From Ilumatobacteraceae bacterium (lineage in GTDB: Bacteria; Actinomycetota; Acidimicrobiia; Acidimicrobiales; Ilumatobacteraceae): a stretch of DNA of 52,786 bases. Where the stretch lies: assembly GCA_017856815.1 (NCBI GenBank), contig JAFMEI010000001.1, positions 1-52,786 on the forward strand, given 5' to 3'. Positions 36,332-46,004 of this stretch are shown here, one piece after another; position 1 is the stretch's first letter, and every line of letters begins with the position of its first letter. The translations under genes and the position numbers were made by a program. Under the pieces are notes generated by a model. The model was not told where the DNA came from and did no database searches. It worked only from the letters and a program-made list of their open reading frames with translations.

Positions 36332-37836
36332 TGACTGAATGGCGCACTCCTCCGATCGCGTTTGGTGCTCGCCATTCTGAATTAATTGACCATCTCCAAA
36401 ATGATGCCGCTCATGTTGATGCAGATCTACTCAATGCACTGGCACAGATATGCGAGACCTTGGTAGACGATGTGTCTACGGCCGAAGCGAGCCGTGATTG
36501 GTGGCCGATAGCAATGCATTGGGCTCTGGCTGGAAGTGTTCCTAAGCGGCCGAGTGTTGTTGTAGTGCCAACGAACACGCAACAGGTCGCCGCGGTCGTG
36601 CAACTTTGCCATGAAGCGCACGTGCCCTTGACTGCATCTGCTGGGCGCAGCGGCGTATGCGGCGCAGCAGTTCCAGTGTTTGGCGGCGTGGTGCTCGACA
36701 CCACTGAGTTGCGTGGGGTTCTCTCAGTTGATCCGATCTCTGGTGTGGTTGAAGTTCTGGCAGGCACTTTTGGGCCAGAGCTTGAATCCCACATTCAGAA
36801 CAATTACCAACGCAGCGTTGGTCACTTTCCGCAATCATTTGATATCTCAACAGTCGGCGGTTGGGTGGCTTGCAGAGGTGCTGGGCAGTACTCGACTCGA
36901 TACGGGAAGATCGAGGACATGGTCGTTGGCCTCGAAGTCGTTCTTGCCGATGGAACGATCGTGCGCACTGGTGGCGCACCTGCAACCGCCGATGGGCCTG
37001 ACTTAACGAATTTGCTTATCGGATCCGAAGGGCAGCTCGGAATCATTACTCGCGTATGGCTTCGCTCACACGCTGTGGCCACCTATTCGCGCAAGATTGC
37101 ATTCTCTTTCGGTGACTTCGCTGCAGGAATCAATGCAATCCGCGAAACAATTCAGTCTGGCGCTACTCCCGCAGTACTGCGTCTCTACGATGCCGCCGAG
37201 AGCAAGCGATCACACGGCATGGAAAATGGTCGATGCACCCTGATTGTTTTTGATGAAGGCGGCAAGAGAATGGTTGATGCAACCATTGAACAACTCATTG
37301 AGTGCGTACAAAATCACGGCGGCAAGGATGAGCCCACCGAATTGGTGGATAGGTGGTTCGAACACCGCAACGACACCACCGCCCTCCAAGCACTCACTCA
37401 GAAAGGATTTGTGGTTGACACGATGGAGGTCAGCGCCGAATGGCCACGGCTCGCAGACATCTACGAAAAAGTTTGTGCCAGTGGCATGGCCGTTCAGCAC
37501 AGTCGGCTTGTGAGTTGCCATTTGTCGCATAGCTATCCAGACGGTGCGTGTCTTTACTTCACTTTCGTAGCGACGCCACCCGCTGAGCAGATCGAGTCAA
37601 GCTACATAGAGATGTGGAACGCGGTACAAGGCGCAGCTCTTGCCGCAGGAGCGAGCCTGTCTCACCATCACGGTGTTGGATTGAACCGTGCACGCTTTGC
37701 ACCAACGGCTTTGGGGAAAGGCCATGATCTATTGATCAAACTCAAACAGTCGCTTGACCCCCATGGGATTATGAACCCCGGCAAGTACGCAATTCCATCC
37801 ACTTTCTCGCACGCAGGAGATGAGCAATGGCCCTAA
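36331..37836 (+). CDS. FAD-linked (PCMH-type) oxidase, GlcD / alkyl-DHAP-synthase-like flavoprotein
   Basis: 501 aa. FAD-binding-4-like N-terminal half (GRSGVCGAAVP) and a C-terminal FAD-oxidase domain ending HHHGVG. The TGATG junction is a 1-nt overlap with the glpD stop. Confidence 0.75.
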   Translation: MTEWRTPPIAFGARHSELIDHLQNDAAHVDADLLNALAQICETLVDDVSTAEASRDWWPIAMHWALAGSVPKRPSVVVVPTNTQQVAAVVQLCHEAHVPLTASAGRSGVCGAAVPVFGGVVLDTTELRGVLSVDPISGVVEVLAGTFGPELESHIQNNYQRSVGHFPQSFDISTVGGWVACRGAGQYSTRYGKIEDMVVGLEVVLADGTIVRTGGAPATADGPDLTNLLIGSEGQLGIITRVWLRSHAVATYSRKIAFSFGDFAAGINAIRETIQSGATPAVLRLYDAAESKRSHGMENGRCTLIVFDEGGKRMVDATIEQLIECVQNHGGKDEPTELVDRWFEHRNDTTALQALTQKGFVVDTMEVSAEWPRLADIYEKVCASGMAVQHSRLVSCHLSHSYPDGACLYFTFVATPPAEQIESSYIEMWNAVQGAALAAGASLSHHHGVGLNRARFAPTALGKGHDLLIKLKQSLDPHGIMNPGKYAIPSTFSHAGDEQWP

Positions 37837-38243
37837 AGGACCAATGGGACACGCAAGCGATCAAGGCTGGAGCTTCAGTCGCAGTATTTCTGGCCGTGCC
37901 GCCATCACTGATTGCTCGGTTCATGATCGATGACACAGACACCAACAACGGCTGGGCTCCCCTGCTGTCACTTCTCGCCATTTTCGGTTTCATCATCGGC
38001 TCAGGGCAAGCCGCGTGGCGGCAACGCAAAGGCACTCCGATACTCCACGGAATGCTCACTTCAACCGGCGTTTTCGTAGCGGCTCAATTCGTATTCGCAA
38101 TCGTGAAGCTCGCCATGGGTGACGATCTTCGGTTCATGCGAATCGTTACTTCGTTTTCATTGGCGATGTTCGCGGGCCTGATCGGTGGACTACTTGGCTA
38201 TTACTTGCAGCGCAATGGGCCCGCACCAAAACCACTGGCCTAA
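37827..38243 (+). CDS. hypothetical integral membrane protein (4 TM)
   Basis: 138 aa hydrophobic ORF. 10-nt overlap with the upstream gene, and its stop abuts the next ATG. Confidence 0.5.
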   Translation: MALKDQWDTQAIKAGASVAVFLAVPPSLIARFMIDDTDTNNGWAPLLSLLAIFGFIIGSGQAAWRQRKGTPILHGMLTSTGVFVAAQFVFAIVKLAMGDDLRFMRIVTSFSLAMFAGLIGGLLGYYLQRNGPAPKPLA

Positions 38244-39701
38244 ATGATGTCTGATCTCGTCTTAGTCATTGACATCGGCACAACAAGTGTTCGAGTCGCA
38301 GCGGTTGATCCTGCTGGCGAAATTCGCGAACAGTTGCGCAAAAAACTGCCGCCCTCTTCTCCAGCACCCGGCCTTGTTGAATTTGATGCTCTTGAGTTGG
38401 CAACCACGATTGAAGAGCTCGCAAATAGATGCGTTGCCTCATGTGGCTCAGTTGCCGCAGTGGGCATCACGAACCAACGCGCATCAACCGTCGCTTGGAG
38501 CGCCACCACGCACCAACCATTGATGCCCGCTCTGGGTTGGCAGGATCTGCGCACAGTTTTTGACTGCATCATGGCCAAAGCCAACCACGGACTCGCACTT
38601 GCCCCAAATCAAAGTGCGACCAAAATGACCTGGTTGCTCGCCAACATCGATTCGCATCTAGACCGTGCTGATATCCGCCTTGGAACAGTTGATTCGTGGA
38701 TCACTTGGTGGCTTTCAAATGGTCAATCGCACGTAACCGACACCACGAATTCCGCTGTCACCGGTCTCACATCGGTTGCCACGTTGGACTGGAACACAGA
38801 CACCCTCACCACACTTGGTATCGATCGCATTCACTTGCCCCAGATCGTCCCATCATCGGGCGAATTGGCTATCGCATCGCGAATCACTGGCGCACCACCT
38901 ATCACAGCGCTCATCGGCGACCAACAGGGATCGCTTGTTGGCCAAGGTTGTATCGCGCCCGGTGAAGCAAAGATCACTTTCGGTACGGGTGGAATGTTGG
39001 ATGTGGTTACTGGTGTAGTCGCTCCGCGCGGTGCATCACGATCCCAATCGGGAACATTTCCGATTGTTGCGCGCACTTCAACCACTGAAACTGTTTGGGG
39101 TGCAGAAGCAATCATGCTCGCGGCAGGAACCAACATTGATTGGCTCGTCGATGACATGGGATTGATTGGCTCAGCTGAAGAATCTGAGTCTGTAGCTGCA
39201 TCGGTAGATAGCAGTGACGGTGTGGTTTATATTCCCGCACTCTTAGGGTTGGGCACCCCATATTGGGACTACGGCGCTCGCGGCACATTGCTTGGCCTCA
39301 CCCGGGGCACCACCCGCGCTCACATTGTTCGTGCCGTGCTTGAAGGCGTGGCAGCGCGAGGTGCCGACTTGGTGGAAGCCACACGCGAAGAGACCGGGCT
39401 TCAAATTAAGACAATCCGCATCGATGGCGGCATGAGTCGCAACAGCATTTTCACTAAGGCACTTGCCGATTCAACACAGGCCACCATTGAGGTCGCTGCA
39501 GACTCTGAATCGACCACACTTGGTGCTGCGTATCTCGCGGGAACCCAGATCGGGATCTGGCCTGACCTGCCAAGCGCTTGCGCCACCCGCAAGATTGGAA
39601 AAGTGGTTGAGCCCGGCTCCCCCACTGATCGTGGCGGATGGCAAAATTCTGTTCAACGCGCGGCTGGTTGGATACCTGATCTGTCCGCCCTTGACTTCTA
39701 A
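38244..39701 (+). CDS. FGGY family carbohydrate kinase, divergent glycerol-kinase paralog
   Basis: 485 aa, collinear with glpK, but the motifs are altered: PGLVEFDALEL (vs GWVEHD..EIW), GITNQRASTVAW (vs NQRET), NQSATKMTWL (vs FSGTK). GDQQGSLVGQ is retained. Confidence 0.8.
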   Translation: MMSDLVLVIDIGTTSVRVAAVDPAGEIREQLRKKLPPSSPAPGLVEFDALELATTIEELANRCVASCGSVAAVGITNQRASTVAWSATTHQPLMPALGWQDLRTVFDCIMAKANHGLALAPNQSATKMTWLLANIDSHLDRADIRLGTVDSWITWWLSNGQSHVTDTTNSAVTGLTSVATLDWNTDTLTTLGIDRIHLPQIVPSSGELAIASRITGAPPITALIGDQQGSLVGQGCIAPGEAKITFGTGGMLDVVTGVVAPRGASRSQSGTFPIVARTSTTETVWGAEAIMLAAGTNIDWLVDDMGLIGSAEESESVAASVDSSDGVVYIPALLGLGTPYWDYGARGTLLGLTRGTTRAHIVRAVLEGVAARGADLVEATREETGLQIKTIRIDGGMSRNSIFTKALADSTQATIEVAADSESTTLGAAYLAGTQIGIWPDLPSACATRKIGKVVEPGSPTDRGGWQNSVQRAAGWIPDLSALDF

Positions 39702-39760
39702 AGTTGTTCCCTGCGACCCCCAAAGGGAAGGCTTTAGAGGAAACGAAAGGACGTCCCTCA

Positions 39761-40258
39761 ATGAGTATCCGCCCATCGGCTGATTCCAGCGCCGCGCCGC
39801 CGGCGCGCCCGACGAAGAACGACATGCCAACTCTCGTTGCTTTGCATGAAGCTGAACTCGCTGCTCGCGACCTTTACCGAATTGCTGTTGACTCCAATGT
39901 GGTGGCTGACGAAGATGCGTCAGCAGTCGTGAAGTTGATGGTTGAACATCATCGCGCTTACGGCCAAGCATTAGCGGGACTCATTGGCAAGCTTGCAACC
40001 AATGAAGCTGATGCCGCGATAGTTGATGCCCACAAGGCAGCTTTCGCATCCACCAGTCAATTTGCCGGAGCAGCAAACGCGCTTGAGAACGATCTCGCGC
40101 TGCGTCATACCAACGCAATCGGTGTACTTGAAGGAACCGAAGGTGCAGCACTCGTGGCGTCAATTGTCATCACCGAGAGTCGCCACGCCGTAATCACTGC
40201 CGAATTGAACGGCGCAACTTCCCTTGATGCTCTTCTCTCAACCGAGGTGGCGAAGTGA
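39761..40258 (+). CDS. ferritin-like domain protein (no signal peptide)
   Basis: Helical protein with E/H-containing motifs (LHEAELAARDLY, VEHHRAY, ITESRHAVI). Start is ATG 39761, or TTG 39704 as in the track. Confidence 0.55.
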   Translation: MSIRPSADSSAAPPARPTKNDMPTLVALHEAELAARDLYRIAVDSNVVADEDASAVVKLMVEHHRAYGQALAGLIGKLATNEADAAIVDAHKAAFASTSQFAGAANALENDLALRHTNAIGVLEGTEGAALVASIVITESRHAVITAELNGATSLDALLSTEVAK

Positions 40259-41070
40259 ACGACAACAATCAGACCAAATTTGAATTCGCTGGCGCATTGA
40301 ACCGCCGCCAGTTGCTCGGGCTCGGGGGCTCATCATTGTTAGGAGCTGCTCTGCTTGCAGCCTGCTCACATGACACCCCTCCCGCCACACGAGTGGGAGA
40401 CGCGGTTACCACTACCACCATTACCGAGCCAGAGGTCAACGATGTCGTCTTATTGCGCACCGCAGCATCACTTGAGTACACGGTGATTGAGGCCTACGCA
40501 CAGTTGGCACCCTTCCTTACTGGCGATTTTGCATCGGCCAAAGATGCTGTTGATCGATTTGTGGCCGATCATGAGGCTCATGCAACTGCAATCAATGACC
40601 TTGTTGTTTCAATTGGTGGCGAGGCTTACACGCAGTCGAATGAGCGCATCAATCGCTTGTACATTCAGCCCGCTGTCGAGATCATCACTGGTAGCGACAC
40701 GGTTGAGCCAAGCCCGACTCCCGCTGAAGATGCACTCGCTGTGGCCATCGCATTGGAGAATCTTGCTGCCGCCACATACCAGTCAGTGACATCGGTACTG
40801 GAGAATCTTGATGTTCGCAAGGCCGCCATTTCGATCGGTCAGACCGAAGCGCGTCACGCCACAATTCTCACTCGCACACTTGCGCCAGAGTTGACATCAA
40901 TAGTTCCTTCAAAAGATCCAACAACCGGCGCCGACAATCTTTCCGCGCTGCCATCAGCGTTTGGTTCGTTGTCGTCAATTTCGCTCACAATTGGTGCGCC
41001 AAATGAATCAGGCACCAAGACCAGCCTCAGCCTTGACACTCCGAGCCTGAACAGCCTCATCACTGAGTAG
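40255..41070 (+). CDS. Tat-signal lipoprotein with ferritin-like (Ferritin_2-type) domain
   Basis: Twin-arginine signal and lipobox (NRRQLLGLGGSSLLGAALLAACS). LRTAASLEYTVIEAYAQ, ALENLAAATYQS and QTEARHATIL resemble Ferritin_2 motifs. GTGA overlap with the upstream gene. Confidence 0.6.
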   Translation: MNDNNQTKFEFAGALNRRQLLGLGGSSLLGAALLAACSHDTPPATRVGDAVTTTTITEPEVNDVVLLRTAASLEYTVIEAYAQLAPFLTGDFASAKDAVDRFVADHEAHATAINDLVVSIGGEAYTQSNERINRLYIQPAVEIITGSDTVEPSPTPAEDALAVAIALENLAAATYQSVTSVLENLDVRKAAISIGQTEARHATILTRTLAPELTSIVPSKDPTTGADNLSALPSAFGSLSSISLTIGAPNESGTKTSLSLDTPSLNSLITE

Positions 41071-41152
41071 TAGCCGGTACTTGCTAATCACTCATTCACT
41101 ATGAGTGACAATTGTTGAGAGCCCTAGAGAGTCATCGGCGTAGACTTTTTTA

Positions 41153-41495
<343 letters not shown>

Positions 41496-41503
<8 letters not shown>

Positions 41504-41987
41504 GCTTTTGATCGACCAGCCAACCCTTTTGCAGGAACTGTTGTCGTTTTTGCGAGTCGCTCAATCCGAAGCGCTGCCACGCCCAACGGATGAGAAGTAT
41601 CCCTGCAATTTCTAAAAAGATGTTTGCCACCCAGCGGTCGGCCACTGGAAGACTCGCATCATCGAAACCGAACCCAGAGAATGGCCACCAGAAGACCTCT
41701 GTTTTGGCAAACGCGGCGTCATAGACGAGATGAAGAAACATTCCGATTGGAAGCGGCATTAGAAGTGCGCGGGTGCGTTTGTATCGCGATGTGCACACCA
41801 CGATTGTGGTCATCACCACCACGCTTGCAAAGACAGAATGCAGAACTCGCGCTCCACCAAACCAGACGTCAATTACATCCGGGAGTAAGACGCCAAGCAG
41901 GAGCGGTCGGTAATCAAAAGAATCGTCGTGGAAGACAAACCAGATACTTAATACTGCGGTGCCAACAAACCAAAGAAACACAGGCAA
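41496..41987 (-). CDS. membrane protein, possibly YdjM-like metal-dependent hydrolase
   Basis: 163 aa polytopic protein. The LLPDVID...HS pattern resembles the YdjM family. This is a weak call. Confidence 0.4.
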
Positions 41988-42692
41988 TCAGAGTACGAGC
42001 CAACGCCCACAATTCGGACATTCAGGATCGGCCGAACCGCCAAGATCTTTCAGCTGCTGCAACTCCCCTGCTGACAGGTCAAGGTGGCAGCCGCTGCAGG
42101 TACGACCAACAAGTGCCGATACCGCAACCCCACCAAGGTGCTTGCGGCGCGATTCATATTCGGCCAGCACATCCTTGGTTGTTTCGGCAATCGCGTCACG
42201 GCGCTGACGATCGCCCCTCATCTCTTCATCAATCCGCGCATCAGCATCGCGCAATGCCGTTTCTCGCGCAGGCTTTTCCCGCTCCAGTTCAGCCAGGGCT
42301 TTGCGCGCATTGTCACGCGCAATCTCCTGCTCACCGAGCTGTTCCATTAGGTCAAGACCCATGCCATCAGCTTCTTCGCGTTCTTGGCGCAATGATTCAA
42401 TCTCACGCTGCAAAGATTCCGCTTCACGGGGCGCAATTACTGTGCGCAATTGGGCTTCGAGTCGCTGACGTTTGGCGTCACAATCGTTGCCACTTTTTTC
42501 GGCTTCCGCAAACGCCGACTCAAGTTGGGCAATAGCTGCATCCAATTGCACGATCAATCGCTCATGTTCGATGATTTGACCTTGAAGAAGTTGCAATGCC
42601 TTTCGCTCTGGCAACGCATTGCGCTTGTGTTCAAGTTGATTTAGATGCGTGTCAATGGCCTGCAGTTCGAGCAGCACCTTGAGATCCATCAC
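41988..42692 (-). CDS. COG1579-type coiled-coil protein with C-terminal zinc ribbon
   Basis: 234 aa. LELQAIDTHLNQLEHKR start, long coiled coil, and C-terminal CSGCHLDL...CPNCGR. Lies near rnpB, as in other actinobacteria (from memory). Confidence 0.75.
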   Translation of the reverse strand: MMDLKVLLELQAIDTHLNQLEHKRNALPERKALQLLQGQIIEHERLIVQLDAAIAQLESAFAEAEKSGNDCDAKRQRLEAQLRTVIAPREAESLQREIESLRQEREEADGMGLDLMEQLGEQEIARDNARKALAELEREKPARETALRDADARIDEEMRGDRQRRDAIAETTKDVLAEYESRRKHLGGVAVSALVGRTCSGCHLDLSAGELQQLKDLGGSADPECPNCGRWLVL

Positions 42693-44992
42693 CTGCTGAC
42701 AGTAGTCGCAATCCCCGGAGGCAAGGGCTTCGAACAGTCGTATACGAGATAACGGCTCGGATCAACCATCGGCATTCCTGCTGTCGGGTCAATTTCATCG
42801 TCAGGCACAGTTGTATCTGGTGGCTCAAGACTCACCACAGTTCGGTTGCCGTAATTGGGCGGCACAGTTGTACTTCCTGGCGAGGTGCCACCAGATGTAT
42901 TCGTGGTTGGTGGTTGGGTTGTCGCCGGCGCTGGCAGCGTTGTTTGTCCTGGAACCGTTTCCACCGGACCAGTTAGTGAACTCGGCAATGAGCCATTAAC
43001 TACTCGCGCAATGCACTCATTGCCTGGGAGGTAGAGCCGCATCGAACCACGAAGCGGTGGCAGCGGAGCGGTCCAATCGAGCAATGGGAAACCACTCAAC
43101 GAGCGATCCATGAACGCCTTCCAGATCTTGGCTGGGTAGGTTCCACCGATCACATTGTCAACACCGTCGTTAAGGAATTCTGGGATGTCAACCATCGGCG
43201 TGTACGCATCAGGGTCGCCCACCCATACCGAGGTGGTCAACTGTGGCGTGAATCCCACAAACCAAGCATTGGTGTTCTCATCCTGGGTTCCCGTCTTGCC
43301 AGCTGCGGGTCGCCCACCTGCGAGCGGATAGTTACGTGCAGTTCCGTACTGCAATGTGCCTTTCATGATGTCCACGGCTTCGTGAGCAACTTCAGCTGGG
43401 ATTACCTGCTCGCCCTTCAACTGATGTGTATAAAACACGCCATCAGGGCTTTCAATGCGCTCCACCATGTAAGGCTGCATGTGCATTCCGTTATTGGCGA
43501 GAGTTTGTGCACCCGAGGCCATGTCTAGCGGGCTCATCTCGTTCGCACCCGTGGCAAGGCTCGCGTACGGCTGAATCGTGTACGTATCTCGGGACAAGTA
43601 CTCCGATGACGCCATTTTGTAAATGTTGTTTACAACGCGATTCAATCCGACAATTTGTGAGAGTCGCCCGTATGCACAGTTGATGGAACGCGCGGTCATC
43701 ACATCAAGTTGATCAATCCCACCGTCAACAGCATCGGTAATTTCAAATGGTTCTGATGGTTTGCCTGGGTTGGGCAACACGCAAGGAAGCCGGCCATCAA
43801 GAATGTCGTTAGATTGAGCTCCCGCTTCAAGTGCCGCAGCGAGGATGAAGAATTTGATACTTGAGCCAGTCTGCCTGCGTCGCAGTGTCATGTTGACTTC
43901 GTTCTGTCCCGCAACAAACCCGGCACCACCGACCATGGCGCGCACACCACCAGTGGCCGTATCAAGTGATAACAATGCGGCTTCAAATCCCTGTTGGTTG
44001 GCTGGAAGATTGCGCGCTGCTTCCTCAGCAGCCACCTGCATCGCAGCATCAAGAGTGGTGTGAATTCGTAGACCACCACGGAAAAGGGCGTTGTACCGCT
44101 CTTGATACGTTTCACCGAGAATCGTTGAACGATTCAACAGGTAGTCCTTGACTGCTTCTGTGAAGTAGGTGCGTTCAACGCTGCGCTCCGGCACGCTCTT
44201 CAACACCTCGGGTATCTCCCACTTCAATCCGAGTCTCTCGGCGCGTTCCTCGGAAAGCAGACCCACATCCACGAGTCGGTCAAGCACGATTCGGAATCGT
44301 TCGCGTGAACGCTCCGATCGGCGAATCGGGTCATAACTGGTCGGTGCCTGCACGAGACCTGCCAAGAACGCGCCTTGCACAATCGTTAGACGCTCAACGG
44401 GCACCCCAAAATAAACCTCGGCTGCGGCTTGGAGTCCGTAAGCGTTGTTACCGAAGTAAACAGTGTTGAGATAACGCTCAAGAATCACGCGCTTGGGAAC
44501 CTGCTTCTCCAGCATTACTGCATAACGCGCCTGGAGAATCTTGTAGCGACCATCACGTGCGAGCCCAGCGAGATATTCGTTTTTCACAACCTGCTGCGTG
44601 ATCGTGCTGGCACCTTGTCTTGCACTTCCAGCTTGGAAGTTTGACAAGGTCGCACGCACCAATGCACGAATGTTCACGCCCTCGTGGTTGTAGAACCCCG
44701 CATCTTCAACGGCGAGGATTGCAGCAATCACATCTACTGGAACTTGATCAACATCAAGAGGCTGGCTGTTCTCTAGTTGGAATGCGCCGATCTGCACACC
44801 CTTGGAATCAAACACGAGGGTCCGCTCAGCGAGCCCTGAGAAAGTTGGCAACACGACTGGCACCTCATCATGGGCGTTCAGCACCGCCCACACCCGTGGG
44901 GCCATGCCTGCAATGCATGCGGTTATGAACAAAGCACCGGCAAGCACCACTACTGAAGCCCTGGCAAACCATTGCCATCGCGTTTCCTGCAC
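42689..44992 (-). CDS. class A penicillin-binding protein (glycosyltransferase + transpeptidase)
   Basis: 767 aa. GT51 motifs (EDAGFYNHEGV, GASTITQQVVKN, RKxxE-like), transpeptidase motifs SxxK (TGSSIK) and KTGT, and a Thr/Pro-rich C-terminal tail. Confidence 0.9.
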   Translation of the reverse strand: MQETRWQWFARASVVVLAGALFITACIAGMAPRVWAVLNAHDEVPVVLPTFSGLAERTLVFDSKGVQIGAFQLENSQPLDVDQVPVDVIAAILAVEDAGFYNHEGVNIRALVRATLSNFQAGSARQGASTITQQVVKNEYLAGLARDGRYKILQARYAVMLEKQVPKRVILERYLNTVYFGNNAYGLQAAAEVYFGVPVERLTIVQGAFLAGLVQAPTSYDPIRRSERSRERFRIVLDRLVDVGLLSEERAERLGLKWEIPEVLKSVPERSVERTYFTEAVKDYLLNRSTILGETYQERYNALFRGGLRIHTTLDAAMQVAAEEAARNLPANQQGFEAALLSLDTATGGVRAMVGGAGFVAGQNEVNMTLRRRQTGSSIKFFILAAALEAGAQSNDILDGRLPCVLPNPGKPSEPFEITDAVDGGIDQLDVMTARSINCAYGRLSQIVGLNRVVNNIYKMASSEYLSRDTYTIQPYASLATGANEMSPLDMASGAQTLANNGMHMQPYMVERIESPDGVFYTHQLKGEQVIPAEVAHEAVDIMKGTLQYGTARNYPLAGGRPAAGKTGTQDENTNAWFVGFTPQLTTSVWVGDPDAYTPMVDIPEFLNDGVDNVIGGTYPAKIWKAFMDRSLSGFPLLDWTAPLPPLRGSMRLYLPGNECIARVVNGSLPSSLTGPVETVPGQTTLPAPATTQPPTTNTSGGTSPGSTTVPPNYGNRTVVSLEPPDTTVPDDEIDPTAGMPMVDPSRYLVYDCSKPLPPGIATTVSR

Positions 44993-45059
44993 CTCTCAAC
45001 GGTACTTTGGCGACTTCATGACATGCCGTCACCGCGGCATACGCAAGTACCCTGTGTGC

Positions 45060-46004
45060 ATGTCTCTATTTCCCATTAAGCCCTTCCGTTTCGGCGTTCA
45101 AGCACACCGGGCCAACTCCAGATCCGAATGGGTCGAACTCGCCAAGCGTGCCGAAGGCAATGGATACGCCGTTCTCACCATGCCCGACCACTTCAATGAT
45201 CAGTTGGCGCCAGTGCCCGCCCTCATGACCATTGCCGACGCGACCACTGATCTCAGGATTGGTGCACTCGTATGGGATAACGATTACAAACACCCACTTG
45301 TACTGGCCAAAGAGCTCGCAACGATGGACCTTCTTTCAGACGGTCGTCTCGAGATTGGCATTGGTGCGGGGTGGATGGCAAGCGACTACGAAGAAGCAGG
45401 AATGCCCTACGACTCACCGAAAGTTCGTATCGATCGATTCGTTGAAGGTCTCGCAGTAATCAAGGGGTTAATGCAAGAGGGGCCGCTCAACTTCACAGGT
45501 GAGCACTACAAGATCACCAATCATGACGGTCTACCAAAACCCGTACAGCGACCCTATCCACCAGTCCTAATTGGCGGCGGAGGCAAACGCGTACTCACCA
45601 TTGCAGCTCGCGAAGCTGACATCATCGGCATCAACGGCACGATGACCGCAGGCGTAGTCGGCCCCGAGGCAATCTCAACGATGACTGCTGAAGCAGTGAC
45701 TGAGAAGTGCGCAATCGTGCATTCGGCGGCAGGAGCACGCCTTGCGGATATTGAGATGAACATCCGGGCATTTTTCGTCAAGGTGACCGATACACCAGAC
45801 TTCACTTTTTCCAATCTTGCTGGCATTCTCTCGGTTGATGAATCAATGGTCCGCGACTCACCATTTGCACTTATCGGCACGGTTGACGACATTGTTGAGC
45901 GACTCATTGAGCGTCGCGAAGAGTTTGGATTTTCTTACGTGATTGTTGGTGGCGAAGATATTGATTCTTTCGCACCAGTGGTTGGCGCACTCAGCGGGAA
46001 GTAA
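45060..46004 (+). CDS. LLM-class (luciferase-like) F420-dependent oxidoreductase
   Basis: MSLFPIKPFRFGVQAH start and TIM-barrel LLM motifs (LEIGIGAGW, VLIGGGGKR). Start at ATG 45060, with TACCCT (TANNNT) 6 nt upstream suggesting a leaderless mRNA. The track ORF start at 44802 overlaps the PBP gene. Confidence 0.8.
   Translation: MSLFPIKPFRFGVQAHRANSRSEWVELAKRAEGNGYAVLTMPDHFNDQLAPVPALMTIADATTDLRIGALVWDNDYKHPLVLAKELATMDLLSDGRLEIGIGAGWMASDYEEAGMPYDSPKVRIDRFVEGLAVIKGLMQEGPLNFTGEHYKITNHDGLPKPVQRPYPPVLIGGGGKRVLTIAAREADIIGINGTMTAGVVGPEAISTMTAEAVTEKCAIVHSAAGARLADIEMNIRAFFVKVTDTPDFTFSNLAGILSVDESMVRDSPFALIGTVDDIVERLIERREEFGFSYVIVGGEDIDSFAPVVGALSGK

Noticed and set aside
41071-41152. Hairpin TCACTCAT-tcact-ATGAGTGA after the ferritin-like lipoprotein gene as a terminator, and a promoter for rnpB
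   Set aside because: The stem is AT-rich and only 8 bp with no adjacent U-tract. I could not find promoter hexamers with acceptable spacing. It was left unannotated.
45023-45040. ATGCCG-N6-CGGCAT inverted repeat between the PBP and LLM genes
   Set aside because: The arms are only 6 bp with no extension, which is expected by chance in a GC-containing 67-bp region.
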